Positions 47,420 through 60,359 of a DNA stretch of 64,000 bases are shown here, one piece after another. Location: positions 5,518,001-5,582,000 of the forward strand of contig NC_092006.1 in the NCBI RefSeq assembly GCF_044704955.1, written 5' to 3'. Source of the stretch: Pristiophorus japonicus (Eukaryota). The notes beneath the pieces are model-generated. The model was not told the origin of the DNA. It searched no databases and saw nothing but the letters and a program-made list of their open reading frames with translations. How positions within the stretch are numbered: position 1 is the first letter of the stretch; each line of letters opens with the position of its first letter. Position numbers and translations under genes: made by a program.

Positions 47420-49090
47420 TTGCTGGGTGGCGGTGTGAGCTGTGAGGAGGACGCTAAGAGGCTGCAAGGTGACTTGAACAGGTTAGGTGAGTGGGCAAAT
47501 GCAAGGCACATGCAGTATAATGTGGATAAATGTGAGGTTATCCACTTTGGTGGTAAAAACAGGAAGGCAGAATGTTATCTGAATGGTGACAGATTAGGAA
47601 AAGAGGAGGTGCAACGAGACCTGGGTGTCATGGTACATCAGTCATTGAAAGTTCTCATGCAGGTACAGCAGGCGGTGCAGAAGGCAAATGGTATGTTGGC
47701 CTTCATAGCGAGAGGATTTGAGTATAGGAGCAGTGAGGTCTTACTGCAGTTGTACAGGGCCTTGGTGAGGCCTCACCTGGAATATTGTGTTCAGTTTTGG
47801 TCTCCAAATCTGAGGAAGGACGTTCTTGCTATTGAGGGAGTGCAGCGAAGGTTCACCAGACTGATTCCCAGAATGGCAGGACTGACATATGAAGAAAGAC
47901 TGGATCGACTCGGCTTATATTCACTGGAGTTTAGAAGAATGAGAGGAGATTTCATATAAATATATAAAATTCTCACGGGATTGGACAGATTAGATGCAGG
48001 AAGAATGTTCCCGATGTTGGGGAAGTCCAGAACCAGGGGTCACAATCTAAGGATATGGGGTAAGCCATTTAGGACCGAGATTAGGAGAAACTTCTTCACT
48101 CAGAGAATTGTGAACCTGTGGAATTCTCTGCCACAGAAAGTTGTTGAGGCCAGTTCGTTGGATATATTCAAAAGGGAGTTAGATGTGGTCCTTACGGCTA
48201 ACGAGATCAAGGGGTATGGAGAGAAAGCAGGAATGGGGCACTGAGGGAATGATCAGCCATGATCTTATTGAATGGTGGTGCAGGCTCGAAGGACCGAATG
48301 GCCTACTCCTGCACCTATTTTCTATGTTGACAGTCGGAGGTGAGGCATAGATACATAGAAAATAGGTGCAGGAGTAGGCCATTCGGCCCTTCTAGCCTGC
48401 ACCACCATTCAATGAGTTCATGGCTGAACATGCAGTTAGAGAAAGAATTCAGGGAGCGAATTCAGAATTCCTGGGCGTACTGACGGAATGCTGGGCTTCC
48501 ATGGGAACAAGAGTCGGCCATTCGGCCCCTCGAGCCTGCTCCGCCCTTCAATAAGATCATGGCCGACCTTCGACCTCAACTCCACTTTCCCGCCCGATCC
48601 CTTGACTCCCCCCAGCTTCCAAAAATCTATCGATCTCAGCCTTGAATATATTCAACGACTGAGCCTCCACAGCCCTCTGGGGCAGAGAATTCCAAAGATT
48701 CACTTCCCTCTGAGTGAAGAAATTCCTCCTCAACTCAGTCCTAAATGGCCGACCCCTTATCCTGAGACTGTGTGACCCCTGGTTCTAGACTCTCCAGCCC
48801 GGGGGGAAACACCCTCCCTGCATCTACCCTGTCAAGCCCTGTAAGAATTTTATATGTTTCAATGAGATCACCTCTCATTCTTCTAAACTCTCGAGAATAT
48901 AGACCTAGTCTCCTCATAGGACAATCCCCCCATCCCAGGAATCAGTCTGGTGAACCTTCGCTGCACTCCCTCTATGGCAAGTATATCCTTCCTTAGGTAA
49001 GGAGACTCAAACTGTGCACAATACTCCAGGTGTGGTCTCACCAGGGCCCGATATAATTGCAATAAGACATCCTTATTCTTATATTCCATC
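47420..49090. mobile_element. CR1 fragments (+ 47420-48330; - 48510-49090)
   Basis: CR1 ORF2 C-terminal ORFs and tails. Confidence 0.85.
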
Positions 49091-49320
49091 TTGGTGCGAA
49101 TTGGGACACAGGGCGACAGAGTTTTGTTGGCCTCATGTTTAAGGAGGTAGAACGTGGGAGGCCAGGAGAGCATTGGAATATAAGTGTAAGGGCGAAGATG
49201 AAAACTCCCAATCAGTACCCAGGTTAAAGAAATGGCCCCTTTGAGGGATGTGAATGGCTCCTCCTGGACTCTGCTCTCTGTTGATGCCCTTTGGTGTGAA
49301 GCTACCGCACAGCCGCTGCC

Positions 49321-51685
49321 TCTCCAGCAGGTGGCGCTGTAACATCCCCTCCTTCTCCAGCAGGTGGCGCTGTAACATCCCCTCCCTCTCCAGCAGGTGG
49401 CGCCGTAACATCCCCTCCCTCTCCAGCAGGTGGCGCAGTAACATCCCCATTCACTCCAGCAGGTGGCGCCGTAACAGTCCCATTCTCTCCAGCAAGTGAC
49501 GCTGTAACATCTCCTCGCTCTCCAGCAGGTGGCGATGTAACCCCCATTCTCTCCATCAGGTGGTGCTGCAACATCCCCTGCCTCTCCAGCAGGTGGCGCT
49601 TTAACCCCCATTCTCTCCTTCAGGTGGTGCTGCAACATCCCCTCCCTCTCCAGCAGGTGGCGCTGTAACATTCCCTCCCTATCCAGCAGGTGGCGCTGAA
49701 ACATCCCCATTCTCTCCAGCAGGTGGTGCTGTAACATCCCCTCCCTCTCCAGCAGGTGGCGCTGTAACCCCCATTCTCTCCAGCAGGTGGTGCTGTATCA
49801 AGGATCAAGGGGTATGGCGAGAAAGCAGGCATGGGGTACTAAAGTTGCATGTTCAGCCATGAACTCATTGAATGGCGGTGCAGGCTCGAAGGGCCGAATG
49901 GCCTACACCTGCACCTATTTTCTATGTTTCTATGTATCATCCCCTCCCTTTCCAGCAGGCGGCGCTGTAACATCCCCCATTCTCTCCAGCAGGTGAAACA
50001 TAGAAAATAGGTGCAGGAGTAGGCCATTCGGCCCGTCGAGCCTGCACCACCATTCAATAAGATCATGTCTGATCATTCACCTCAGTACCCCTTTCCTGCT
50101 TTCTCTCCATACCTCTTGAACTCTTTAGCTGTAAGGGCCACATCTAACTCCCTGCTGAATATTTCCAATGAACTGGCATCAATAACTCTCTGCGGTAGGG
50201 AATTCCACAGGTTAACAACTCTCTAAGTGAAGATGTTTCTCCTCATCTCAGTCCTAAATGGCTTACCCCTTATCCTCAGACTGTGACCCCTGGCTCTGGA
50301 CTTCCCCAACATCGGGAACATTCTTCCTGCATCTAACCTGTCCAGTCCCGTCAGAATTTTATATGTTTCTATGAGATCCCCTCTCATCCTTCTGAACTCC
50401 AATAAATAAAGGCCCAGTTGATTCAGTCTCTCCTCATATGTCAGTCCAGCCATCCCAGGAATCAATCTGGTGAACCTTCGCTGCACTCTCTCAATAGCAA
50501 GAACGTCCTTCCTCAGATTAGGAGACCAAAACTGAACACAATATTCCAGGTGAGGTCTCACCAAGGCCCTTTACAACTGCAGTAAGACCTCCCTGCTCCT
50601 ATACTCAAATCCCCTAGCTATGAAGGCCAACATACCATTTGCCTTCTTCAGTGCCTGCTGTACCTGCATGCCAACTTTCAATGGCTGATGAACCATGAAA
50701 CCCAGGTCTCGTAGAGGATTTGAGAATAGGAGCAGGGACGTCTTACTGCAGTTGTAGAGAGCCTTGGTGAGGCCACACCTGGAATATTGTGTTCAGTTTT
50801 GGTCTCCTAATCTGAGGAAGGATGTTCTTGCTATTGAGGGAGTTCAGCGAAGGTTCACCAGACTAATTCCCGGGATGGCAGGACTGACATATGAGGAGAG
50901 ACTGGATCGACTGGGCCTGTATCCACTGGAGTTTAGAAGAATGAGAGGGGATCTCATAGAAACATATACAATTCTGACGGGACTGGACAGGTTAGATGCA
51001 GGAAGAATATTCCCGATGTTGGGGAAGTCCAGAAGCAGGGGTCACAGTCTAAGGATAAGGGGTAAGCCATTTAGGACCGAGATGAGGAGAAACTTCTTCA
51101 CTCAGAGAGTTGTAAACCTGTGGAATTCTCTACCACAGAAAGTTGTTGAGGCCAGTTCATTAGATATATTCAAAAGGGAGTTAGATGTGGCCCTTACGGT
51201 CAAAGGGATCAAGGGCAATGGAGAGAAAGCAAGAAAGGGGTACTGAGGTTGAATAATCAGCCATGATCTTATTGAATGGCGGTACAGGCTCGAAGGGCCG
51301 AATGGCCTGCTCCTGCACCTAATTGCTATGTTTCTATGTAACATCCCCTCGCCCTCCAGCAGGTGGCGCTGTTAACACCCCCATTCTCTCCAGCAGGTGG
51401 CGCTGTAACATCCCCATCCCTCTCCAGCAGGTGGTGCTGTAACATCCCCATTCTCTCCAGCAGGTGGCGCTGTAACATCCCTCCTTCTCCACCAGGTGGT
51501 GCTGTAACATCACCTCCTCCAGCAGGTAGCACTGTAACATCCCCCCCTTCTCCACCAGGTGGCGCTGTAACATCACCTCCTCCAGCAGGTGGCACTGTAA
51601 CATCCCCCCCTTCTCCACCAGGTAGCGCTGTAACATCAGCTCCTCCAGCAGGTGGCGCTGTAACATCCCCTCCCTCTCCAACAGG
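49321..51685 (+). repeat. ~33-bp tandem repeat containing CCAGCAGGTGGCGCT (CTCF consensus), ~27 units, split by CR1 insertions
   Basis: Units at 49321-49797, 49935-49995 and 51340-51685. Confidence 0.9.
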
Positions 51686-53520
51686 ACTCCTGTCGGAACC
51701 TCAGCACAGAAGGAGGCCATTCAGCCCGTGCCGGCTCTCTGTAAGAGCACTTCAGCTAGTCCCACTCCCCTGCCCTTTCCCGTAGCCCTGTAGATTGTTT
51801 TTTTCCTTCAGGTACTTATCCAACTCCCTTTTGAAAGCCACGATTGAGTCTGCCTCCAGCACCCTCTCAGGCAGCACATTCCAGATCCTAACCACTCGCT
51901 GCGGAAAAAGTTATTGCTCCTGTTACCTTTGGTTCTTCTGCCAATCGCCTTAAATCTGTGTCCTCTGGTTCTCAACCCGTCCGGCGATGTGAACAGTTTC
52001 TCCCTCTGTACTCTGTCGAGACCCCTCATGACTTTGAACGCCTGTATCAAATCTGCTCTCAACTTTCTCTAGTCTAAGAAGAACAACTGCCAACTGAGCT
52101 GGTGATAAACTTCTTGAGTGCTGTCGGAGCTGCAACTCATGCAGGCAAGTGACGAGTGTTCCATCACACTCCTGACTTGTGCCTTGTAGACGGCGGAAAG
52201 GCTTTGGAGAATCAGGAGGTGAGACACTCGCCGTAGAATACCCAGCCTCTGACCCGCTCTTGTTTACACAGTATTTATGTGACTGATCTGGTTGTATATT
52301 CGATGTAATTCTGTGCAAACCATTTGCAATGTGGCTAGGCGGAGTCACTGCACGAGTTCCCAGCCCCTGTACATAGAAACATAGACAATAGGTGCAGGAG
52401 TAGGCCATTCGGCCCTTCGAGCCTGCACCACTATTCAATAAGATCATGGCTGATCATGCAACTTCAGTACCCCATTCCTGCTTTCTCTCCATACCCCTTG
52501 ATCCCTTTAGCCGTAAGGGCCACATCTAACTCCCTTTTGAATATATCTAACGAACTGGCCTCAACAACTTTCTGTGGTAGAGAATTCCACAGGTTCACAA
52601 TTCTCTGAGTGAAGAAGTTTCTCCTCATCTCGGTCCTAAATGGCTTACCCCTTATCCTTAGACTGTGACCCCTGCTTCTGGACTTCCCCAACATCGGGAA
52701 CATTCTTCCTGCATCTAACCTGTCCAGTCCCGTCAGAATTTTATATGTTTCTATTAGATCCCCTCTCATTCTTCTAAACTCCAGTGAATATAAGCCTAGT
52801 CGATCCAGTCTTTCTTCATATGTCAGTCTTGCCATCCCGGGAATCAGTCTGGTGAACCTTCGCTGCACTCCCTCAATAGCAAGAATGTCCTTCCTCAGAT
52901 TAGGAGATCAAAACTGAACACAATGTTCCAGGTGTGGCCTCAACAAGGCCCTGTACAACTGCAGTAAGACCTCCCTGCTCCTATACTCAAATCCTCTCGC
53001 TATGAAGGCCAACATGCCATTTGCATTCTTCACCGCCTGCTGTACCTGCATGCCAACTTTCAATGACTGATGTACCATGACACCCAGGTCTCGTTGCACC
53101 TCCCCTTTTCCTAATCTGTCACCATTGAGATAATATTCTCTCTTCCTGTTTTTGCCCCCAAAGTGGATAACCTCACATTTATCCACATTATACTGCATCT
53201 GCCATGCATTTGCCCACTCACCTAACCTGTCCAAGTCACCCTGCAGTCTCTTAGCATCCTCCTCACAGCTCACACTGCCACCCAGCTTAGTGTCATCTGC
53301 AAACTTGGAGATATTACACTCAATTCCTTCATCTAAATCATTAATGTATATTGTAAATAGCTGGGGTCCCAGCACTGAACCCTGCGGTACCCCACTAGTC
53401 ACTGCATGCCATTCTGAAAAGGACCCGTTTATCCCGACTCTCTGCTTGCTGTCTGCCAACCAGTTCTCTATCCACGTCAGTACATTACCCCCAATACCAT
53501 GTGCTTTAATTTTACACACT
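49996..53520. mobile_element. CR1 fragments (- 49996-50710, + 50711-51338, - 52371-53520)
   Basis: ORFs 50223-50564, 50764-51246, 52464-52868 and 52908-53519. Confidence 0.88.
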
Positions 53521-54059
53521 GTGTCCTCTCCTTACTCACAGAGCACTTCAATCCCCAGATCAATTCTCATCGCCGCCACATTTAAAGCGGTCAGTTTCTG
53601 ACTGGCACTTCGCAAAAAAACATCTGAAATGTTAAAAAAAAAACTACCCAAACCTCACTGAATGATACGGCACAGGAGGAGGCCATTTGGCCCATCCTGC
53701 CTGTGCTGGCTCTGTGAATGGGCTGCACCAGCTGGAGAGATCAGGCCGTGTGGGGGCTCTGGGTGAGAAGTGGGTCAGAGCTCGATGATTTCACCTCTTT
53801 AAATTGACACCGACCACATTTTAAGACAATCAAACGCTTTATTATATTCAAGCACAATGGGAAAAAAAATGCAATGATGGCAAACCCAATAAAAAGAGGG
53901 AATGCTGGGAGTACATGGCCGGTCGGTCAGTGTCTGTAGTGGGGACAGACGGGTTAGTGTGGCTCGTAGGGAGGGACCCACTCCCGCAATCCCTCAGTTA
54001 CTCATCCCTCCGCCTCACACAGGCTGACTGTGTTTCCAGCGTTTTATAGTGTTATTTTA

Positions 54060-54630
54060 CAAAAAAGAAAGAGAGGGAAAGAGAGAAAGAGAAGGAAAGA
54101 GAGAAAGAAAGAGAAAGAGAGAAGGAAAGAGAGAGAGAAAAAGATAAAGAGNNNNNNNNNNNNNNNNNNNNNNNNNNNNNNNNNNNNNNNNNNNNNNNNN
54201 NNNNNNNNNNNNNNNNNNNNNNNNNNNNNNNNNNNNNNNNNNNNNNNNNNNNNNNNNNNNNNNNNNNNNNNNNNNNNNNNNNNNNNNNNNNNNNNNNNNN
54301 NNNNNNNNNNNNNNNNNNNNNNNNNNNNNNNNNNNNNNNNNNNNNNNNNNNNNNNNNNNNNNNNNGGAAAGCGAGAGAGAGAAGGAGAGAGAGAGAAGGA
54401 AAGAGAGAAAGTGAGAAAGATAAGGAAATAGAGAGAGGGAAGGAAAGAGAGAGAGAAAGAGAGAAAGAGAAGGAAAGCGAGAACGAGAAGGAAAATGAGA
54501 GAAAGAGAAGGAAAGAGAGAGAGAGAGAGAAAGAAGGAAAGAGAGAAAGAGAGAGAGAGAAAGAGAAAGAAAAAAGGAGAAAGAAAAAGGATAAAAAGAG
54601 AAAGAGAGAAACAAAAAGGAAGGAAAGAAA
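54060..54630 (+). repeat. GA-rich low-complexity tract spanning an assembly gap
   Basis: (GA/GAA)-rich sequence flanking an N-run. Confidence 0.9.
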
Positions 54631-55291
54631 GACTTGCATTTATATAGCGCCTTTCTCAACCTCAGGACGTCCCAAAGCGCTTTGCAGCCAATGAAGTATT
54701 CTTGAACCAATCACTGTTGTAATGAGGGTTAAAGAACTGGCAGAGGAGCAGAGGGATTATAGAGTGACGGGTTTATTGCAAGCCCTGCGTTAATCAATAA
54801 CTTATTTTAAAGTGAATGTTGTTCGGAGGTTTCTTTGTCGAGTTTGATTTCAGATCAGAGTGTCCGACTGCCGACGGATTCCGTAAACTGATGAATTTTC
54901 TCCGGACCATCAGCGTCTCCTCCTGTTCCCACTGAGGCAGTGACAGTTGACGATGCAGCTTGAGGAAGAATGAGGAAAAAAGAGAGTGACTATACGTTAA
55001 GTTCTTCATTGTCTCTAAACGTTTTGGGAAGTCCTGAGATCTGGACTAGGAATTGAACCCACAAATTTCCGAGTTAAGAGGCGAGAGTGTGAGCAACTGA
55101 ACCACTNNNNNNNNNNNNNNNNNNNNNNNNNNNNNNNNNNNNNNNNNNNNNNNNNNNNNNNNNNNNNNNNNNNNNNNNNNNNNNNNNNNNNNNNNNNNNN
55201 NNNNNNNNNNNNNNNNNNNNNNNNNNNNNNNNNNNNNNNNNNNNNNNNNNNNNNNNNNNNNNNNNNNNNNNNNNNNNNNNNNNNNNNNNNN

Positions 55292-57900
55292 CACACGCAA
55301 AGTGCTGCAGTACAATGGGACCTGGGGGTCCTTGTGCATGAAACACAAAATGTTAGTATGCAGGTACAGCAAGTGATCAGGAAGGCAAATGGCCTTTATT
55401 GCAAGAGGGATGGAGTATAAAAGCAGCGAAGTCTTGCTACAACTGTACAAGGTATTGATGAGGCTACACCTGGAGTACTGCGCGCAGTTTTGGTTTCCAT
55501 ATTTAAGGAAGGATACACTTGCTTTGGAGGCAGTTCAGAGAAGGTTCACTCGGTTGATTCCAGAGATGAGGGGGTTGACTTATGACGATAGATTGAGTAG
55601 GTTGGACCTACACTCATTGGAGTTCAGAAGAATGAGAGGTGATCTTATCGAAGCGTATAAGATAATGAGGGGGCTCGACAAGGTGGATGCAGAGAGGTTG
55701 TTTCCACTGATGGGGGAGACTAGAACTAGGGGGCACGATCTTAGAATAAGGGGCCGCCCATTTAAAACTGAGATGAGGAGGAATTTCTTCTCTCAGAGGG
55801 TTGTAAATCTGTGGAATTCTCTGCCTCAGAGAGCTGTGGAAGCTGGGACATTGAAGGCGGAGATAGACAGATTTTTGAGCGATAAGGGAGTGAAGGGTTA
55901 TGGGGAGCGGGCAGGGAAGTGGAGCTGAGTCCATGATCAGATCAGCCATGATCGTATCAAATGGCGGAGCAGGCTCGAGGGGCCGAATGGCCGACTCCTG
56001 CTCCTATTTCTTATGTACTTATGTTCAGACAGGCACAAATACAAACACAGACTCGCCCACATACAAACACAGACACACACACACACAAATGCATTCTGAC
56101 GTCTTGTATAACGGCTTCGCATAGAGGCCATTTAAGAACATGATTTGAGTTACCTTCACAATTACAGATGGGTGTCATCGCATTTTTACATCCCTATAAT
56201 AATTCCTGTGGCTAAAGTATTAAAAACAGTAAACCCACCATGGGCAGGAAGGGGGTAATGATGACCTTTATTCTCTGTAGCGATTTGAAAAAAAGATTGC
56301 AAATTCTGAAATAAACACAGAAACTGCTAGAATTACACGGCGGTTTCTGTGTTTATTTCAGAATTAGCAATCTTTTTTTCATATTTTTCGAAGGCTTTTT
56401 CGAAGGCCTATTGCCCGAGACATTGCCCGATGGTTTCTATTAGTAGATGCCAGTGTGGTCGAAGGATTCGTTTTGTTTCCAGTCAGAGCGACAAATGGCG
56501 ATTCGATGGACATTAAGGTGATGTGGACCAGACCTCTGTTCCATTCATGCATAGGCGAAACTGTCCTTTGAAGCTGTCGGCGAACAAAATGTGAAACGCA
56601 CATCAATTCTTGTAAATCCTTGATCACCTTCTATAAATATCGAGACTAGAATTGTGAGATGGTCTTTGAATCAATCGTACAAGGCCGTGGAAAATCTTAA
56701 AAATATAATACAGAGGTCAGAGTTGGGGGAGTGACCCGGTTTTGACACAATGTTAAATAGAGTGAGACTGTTGCCGATGTAAACTGGTCCAGTGACTCAC
56801 CTTTCCTTGTGGGATCGCATTGAATCACCGAAACGTACAGCATGGAAGGAGGCCATTCGGCCCATCGTGTCCGCGCCGGCCGACCAAGAGCCACCCAGCC
56901 TAATCCCACTTTCCCGTTCTCGGTCCGTAGCCCTGTAGGTTACGGCACTTCAGGTGCACATCCAGGTACTTGTTAAATGTGGTGAGGGTTTCTGCCTCTA
57001 CCACCCTTTCAGGCCGTGAGTTCCACCCCAGACCCCCACCACTCTCTGGGTGAAGAAATTTCCCCTCAAATCCCCTCTAAACCTCCCCCCAATTACTTTA
57101 AATCTGTGCCCCCTGGTTGTTGACCCCTCTGCCAAGGGAAACAGGTCCGTCCTATCCACTCTATCCCGGCCCTTCGTAATTTTATACACCTCAATCAGGT
57201 CTTCCCTCAGCCTCCTCTGTTCCAAAGAAAACAACCCCAGCCTCTCCAATCTTTCCTCATCGCTAAAATTCTCCAGTCCAGACAACATCCTGGTAAATCT
57301 CCTGTGCACCCTCTCTAGTGCAACATCCTGGTAAATCTCCTCTGTACCCTCTCGAGTGCAACATCCTGGTAAATCTCCTCTGTACCCTCTCTAGTGCAAC
57401 ATCCTGGTAAATCTCTCTGCACCCTTTCCAGTGCAACATCCTGGTAAATCTCCTCTGTACCCTCTCTCCTGCAACATCCTGGTAAATCTCCTCTGCACCC
57501 TCTCTAGTGCAACATCCTGGTAAATCTCCTCTGCACCCTCTCTCATGCAATTACATCTTTCCTGTAATGTGGTGACCAGAACTGCACGCAGTACTCCAGC
57601 TGTGGCCTAACTAGTGTTTTATACAGTTCAAGCATAACCTCCCTGCTCTTGTATTCCATGCCTAGGCTAATAAAGGCAAATATTCCGTTTGCCTTCTTAA
57701 CCACCTTATCCACCTGGCCTGCTACCTTCAGGGATCTGTGGACCTGCACTCCCAGGTCCCTCTGTTCCTCTACACTTCTCAGTGTCCTACCATTTAATGT
57801 GTATTCCCTTGCCTTGTTAGACCTCCCCAAGTGCATTACTTCACACTTCTCCGGGTTGAATTCCATTTGCCGCTGTTCTGCCCGCCTGACCAGTCTATCT
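55292..57900. mobile_element. CR1 fragments (+ 55292-56025; - 56826-57900, with an internal 38-bp tandem expansion at 57283-57545)
   Basis: CR1 ORFs; repeat unit GCAACATCCTGGTAAATCTCCTCTGCACCCTCTCTAGT. Confidence 0.85.
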
Positions 57901-58108
57901 CTTGTCTCGTCCTTCTGAAAGAATTCGCTGTAAATTGCCGTTGAAAGGCACGCGGAGGGAATCACGTCGAGCAAACATTTACTGACGAGCACCAGTTAAG
58001 TATCAAGTCTCACCTGCTTTGCCGCTGCCATGATGCCAAAGTGGAGGATAAGGATCAATACTAGAGCCAGGATCCCCGGGACAGTCATTGCACCAGGCAC
58101 GCACCACC
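56690..58108 (-). pseudogene. Probable TM exon (58014-58108) and CR1-interrupted cytoplasmic exon (57914..56801) of another membrane receptor gene
   Basis: tctgtctctgtag|GG TGG TGC.. reads WCVPGAMTVPGILALVLILILHFGIMAAAKQ|gtgag. A 99-bp intron leads to ttctttcag|AAGGACGAG, and the exon resumes after the CR1 and ends AAG|gtgagt. Confidence 0.5.
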
Positions 58109-58157
58109 CTACAGAGACAGAACACCGAGGCATTGCTGCTGGCTCAAACCATTATCT

Positions 58158-59961
58158 CAGTGGTTCTCGACCGGTGTTCCGCGGCACATGCCGTGAACCC
58201 TTCACAGGGGTGCCGCCAAATTGTGTAAAAGTATGGTGGACTTTTGCTGATTTCACAATGAAACACAAACCATTTAACTCTGAAACAGAAGGGGAGGGGG
58301 GAGAGAGACAGACAGACACATGTGTCATCTACCTATATGTACCACACCACTTCTGTAGTAAGCATTGCCAATATCGACAAATAGCTATCTATTTATCTCT
58401 ACTATTATCAAAAAAAACCGATGTTCTCGAGTTGTACAAGTAACAATGACAAGAGACAACAGACACAAACAATGTAAATGTCCATACTCCGAACAAAATC
58501 CTTTGGCAAAATGTGTTTCCTCGGACACCACCCCTCTCCCACTCCGTTACTCCCTCCCATTACTGATAGAGAAGTGCTGGTGTCTACCATCGAATGAGAC
58601 TGTGCGTGTGTGTGTGTGTGTGTGTATATTTACGTTTGGGTGTGTAAGTGCGTCTGTACCAAGGGCATAACCTGAGGGGGGCATGGCCACCCCCAATCCA
58701 AAATAATAGTATTAAATTGTTCATGTGAAAAGCTTAAAATGTGATTGTTAATTTGGCTGAAAGAAATGAAAAACAAGTCTAACACATAGGCAGTAAAAAT
58801 TGTAGTTTTTATAATAAAATGTCAAAAACTATTTCATTACATTTAACCACATTCTTATTTCTATTTTGCTATTTTTGTTTATTGATCTGCTGCATGATGT
58901 GTGGCCGGGACTGGTGGCATCTTTGACGCTTTGACCTGAAGCAGCGCCAATTGACGGCTCCTTCGATGTATGCGGCATCCAACTTGACCTGGCCGAGCCG
59001 CCCTATTTGTGAGAGTTGGCTTTTGGCATATTTTGACCACAGTTCAAATCAACTCTCGCTTCGTTTCTGTCTGGACTCTCTGGCGTTTGGAAATTGGAAG
59101 ACTCAGTTCGTGCCTGTCTGGAGTTTGGATCGTTCAGACGGATAAAGTTTGTCCTCCCCCCTCCCAATGGACAAATTCATCATCAGAAAACGTAAAAATG
59201 AGCGAGGAGATAACAATGGCAGTGCCACTACAAGTTGGCCGACAACCATCGCCAGTACAAGCGGTGCCCAACCAAATCCTAAAATACCCAAAATTCATCG
59301 TCAATATATGGAGGATTATTTGAGGTTTGGTTTTTCATGGACAGGAGAAGAAGAATGCCCCGTTCCCCTGTGTGTTGTGAGCAGCGACTTTACATTGCAA
59401 GAAGAAGACGTATTGACTTCTATTTCTACAGACCGAGGTCTTAAAATGAAACATTCAGATTTGTCTCCTGATGCGTTCTGGATTTCTATTAAAGAAGAAT
59501 ATCCTATAGTATCAAAAAAAGCCTTGATAATTCTGATGCAGTTTTCAGCATCATGTCTCTGCGAATTAGGATTCTCAACTCTTACGAACATCAAATGCAA
59601 AAAACGGGAAAAACTTGGAAAACTTGAACATGAAATGAGAGTCGCCTTATCGGTTATACGCCCTAATATTAGTGACATAACTATAAAACATCAGGCTCAA
59701 GTATCACATTAAAATACTAATTAATCTAGAATTATTGTGAGGAATTATTATTGTAGTTTATTATTTTTTTGTTACTTTCAGAATAAAAAATAATTAGTAA
59801 CATACATGTGTACAATGTTCATATGCTGTGATTAATAAAATGTTTTTTAAATTTTCTGAAACTTGCTTTTTTAAAAAAACCTTTTAACCCCTTCAAGTGT
59901 GCCGCCAAAAATTCTAGTATTCGAAAGTGTGCCGCGAACACAGAAAGGCTGAGCGCCACTG
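58158..59961 (+). mobile_element. Non-autonomous hAT DNA transposon (Buster/Charlie type) with an internally deleted transposase ORF (59167-59712)
   Basis: TIRs CAGTGGTTCTC / GAGCGCCACTG, perfect 8-bp TSD CATTATCT with central TA, ORF with YLRFGFS..PLCVV and FW..EYP..LCELGFS..EMRVALS..QAQVSH. Confidence 0.9.
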
Positions 59962-60021
59962 CATTATCTGGTGGGAAACTAGACCCAGTTACTACGTGAG
60001 ACCACCAGCCCGGGGTGTGAA

Positions 60022-60359
60022 ATGACAAGCCACTCGAGGTTCATCCCGAGCAGCTCCGTAACACAGGACCCTGTGCTCTACGGGCTGTTCCCGGGGACAC
60101 ACACCGAGACAGACATCACCTGCTGCTGGAGGGTCATCAACTCAGTCAAAGACACACTTTGGTCTTGCCGAAACGTGCTGGTCTTCCAGAGCAAGGAGAT
60201 GTCCACGTCTGCGTGTTGCAGACTGGCGCAATCCACGATCCAGGATTACGTGCTGAGGGACGCACTTAAAATTGGTGCAGTCGCCGCAAAGGCACGGTGG
60301 GGAAGGGCCACAGTTTAAAGCCCTTCTGACACGGTAAACCCAGGGGCTGGTATCAGTAT
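60022..60359 (+). mobile_element. 3' end of Tx1/L1-clade LINE ORF2
   Basis: VLYGLFPGTHTE..CCWRVINSVKDTLWSCRN..QDYVLRDALKIG..RWG C-terminus. Confidence 0.6.

Noticed and set aside
54772-54960. Possible terminal exon on - (strong acceptor near 54960, AATAAA at 54772-54777)
   Set aside because: No recognisable peptide in any phase and no upstream exon could be linked to it confidently.
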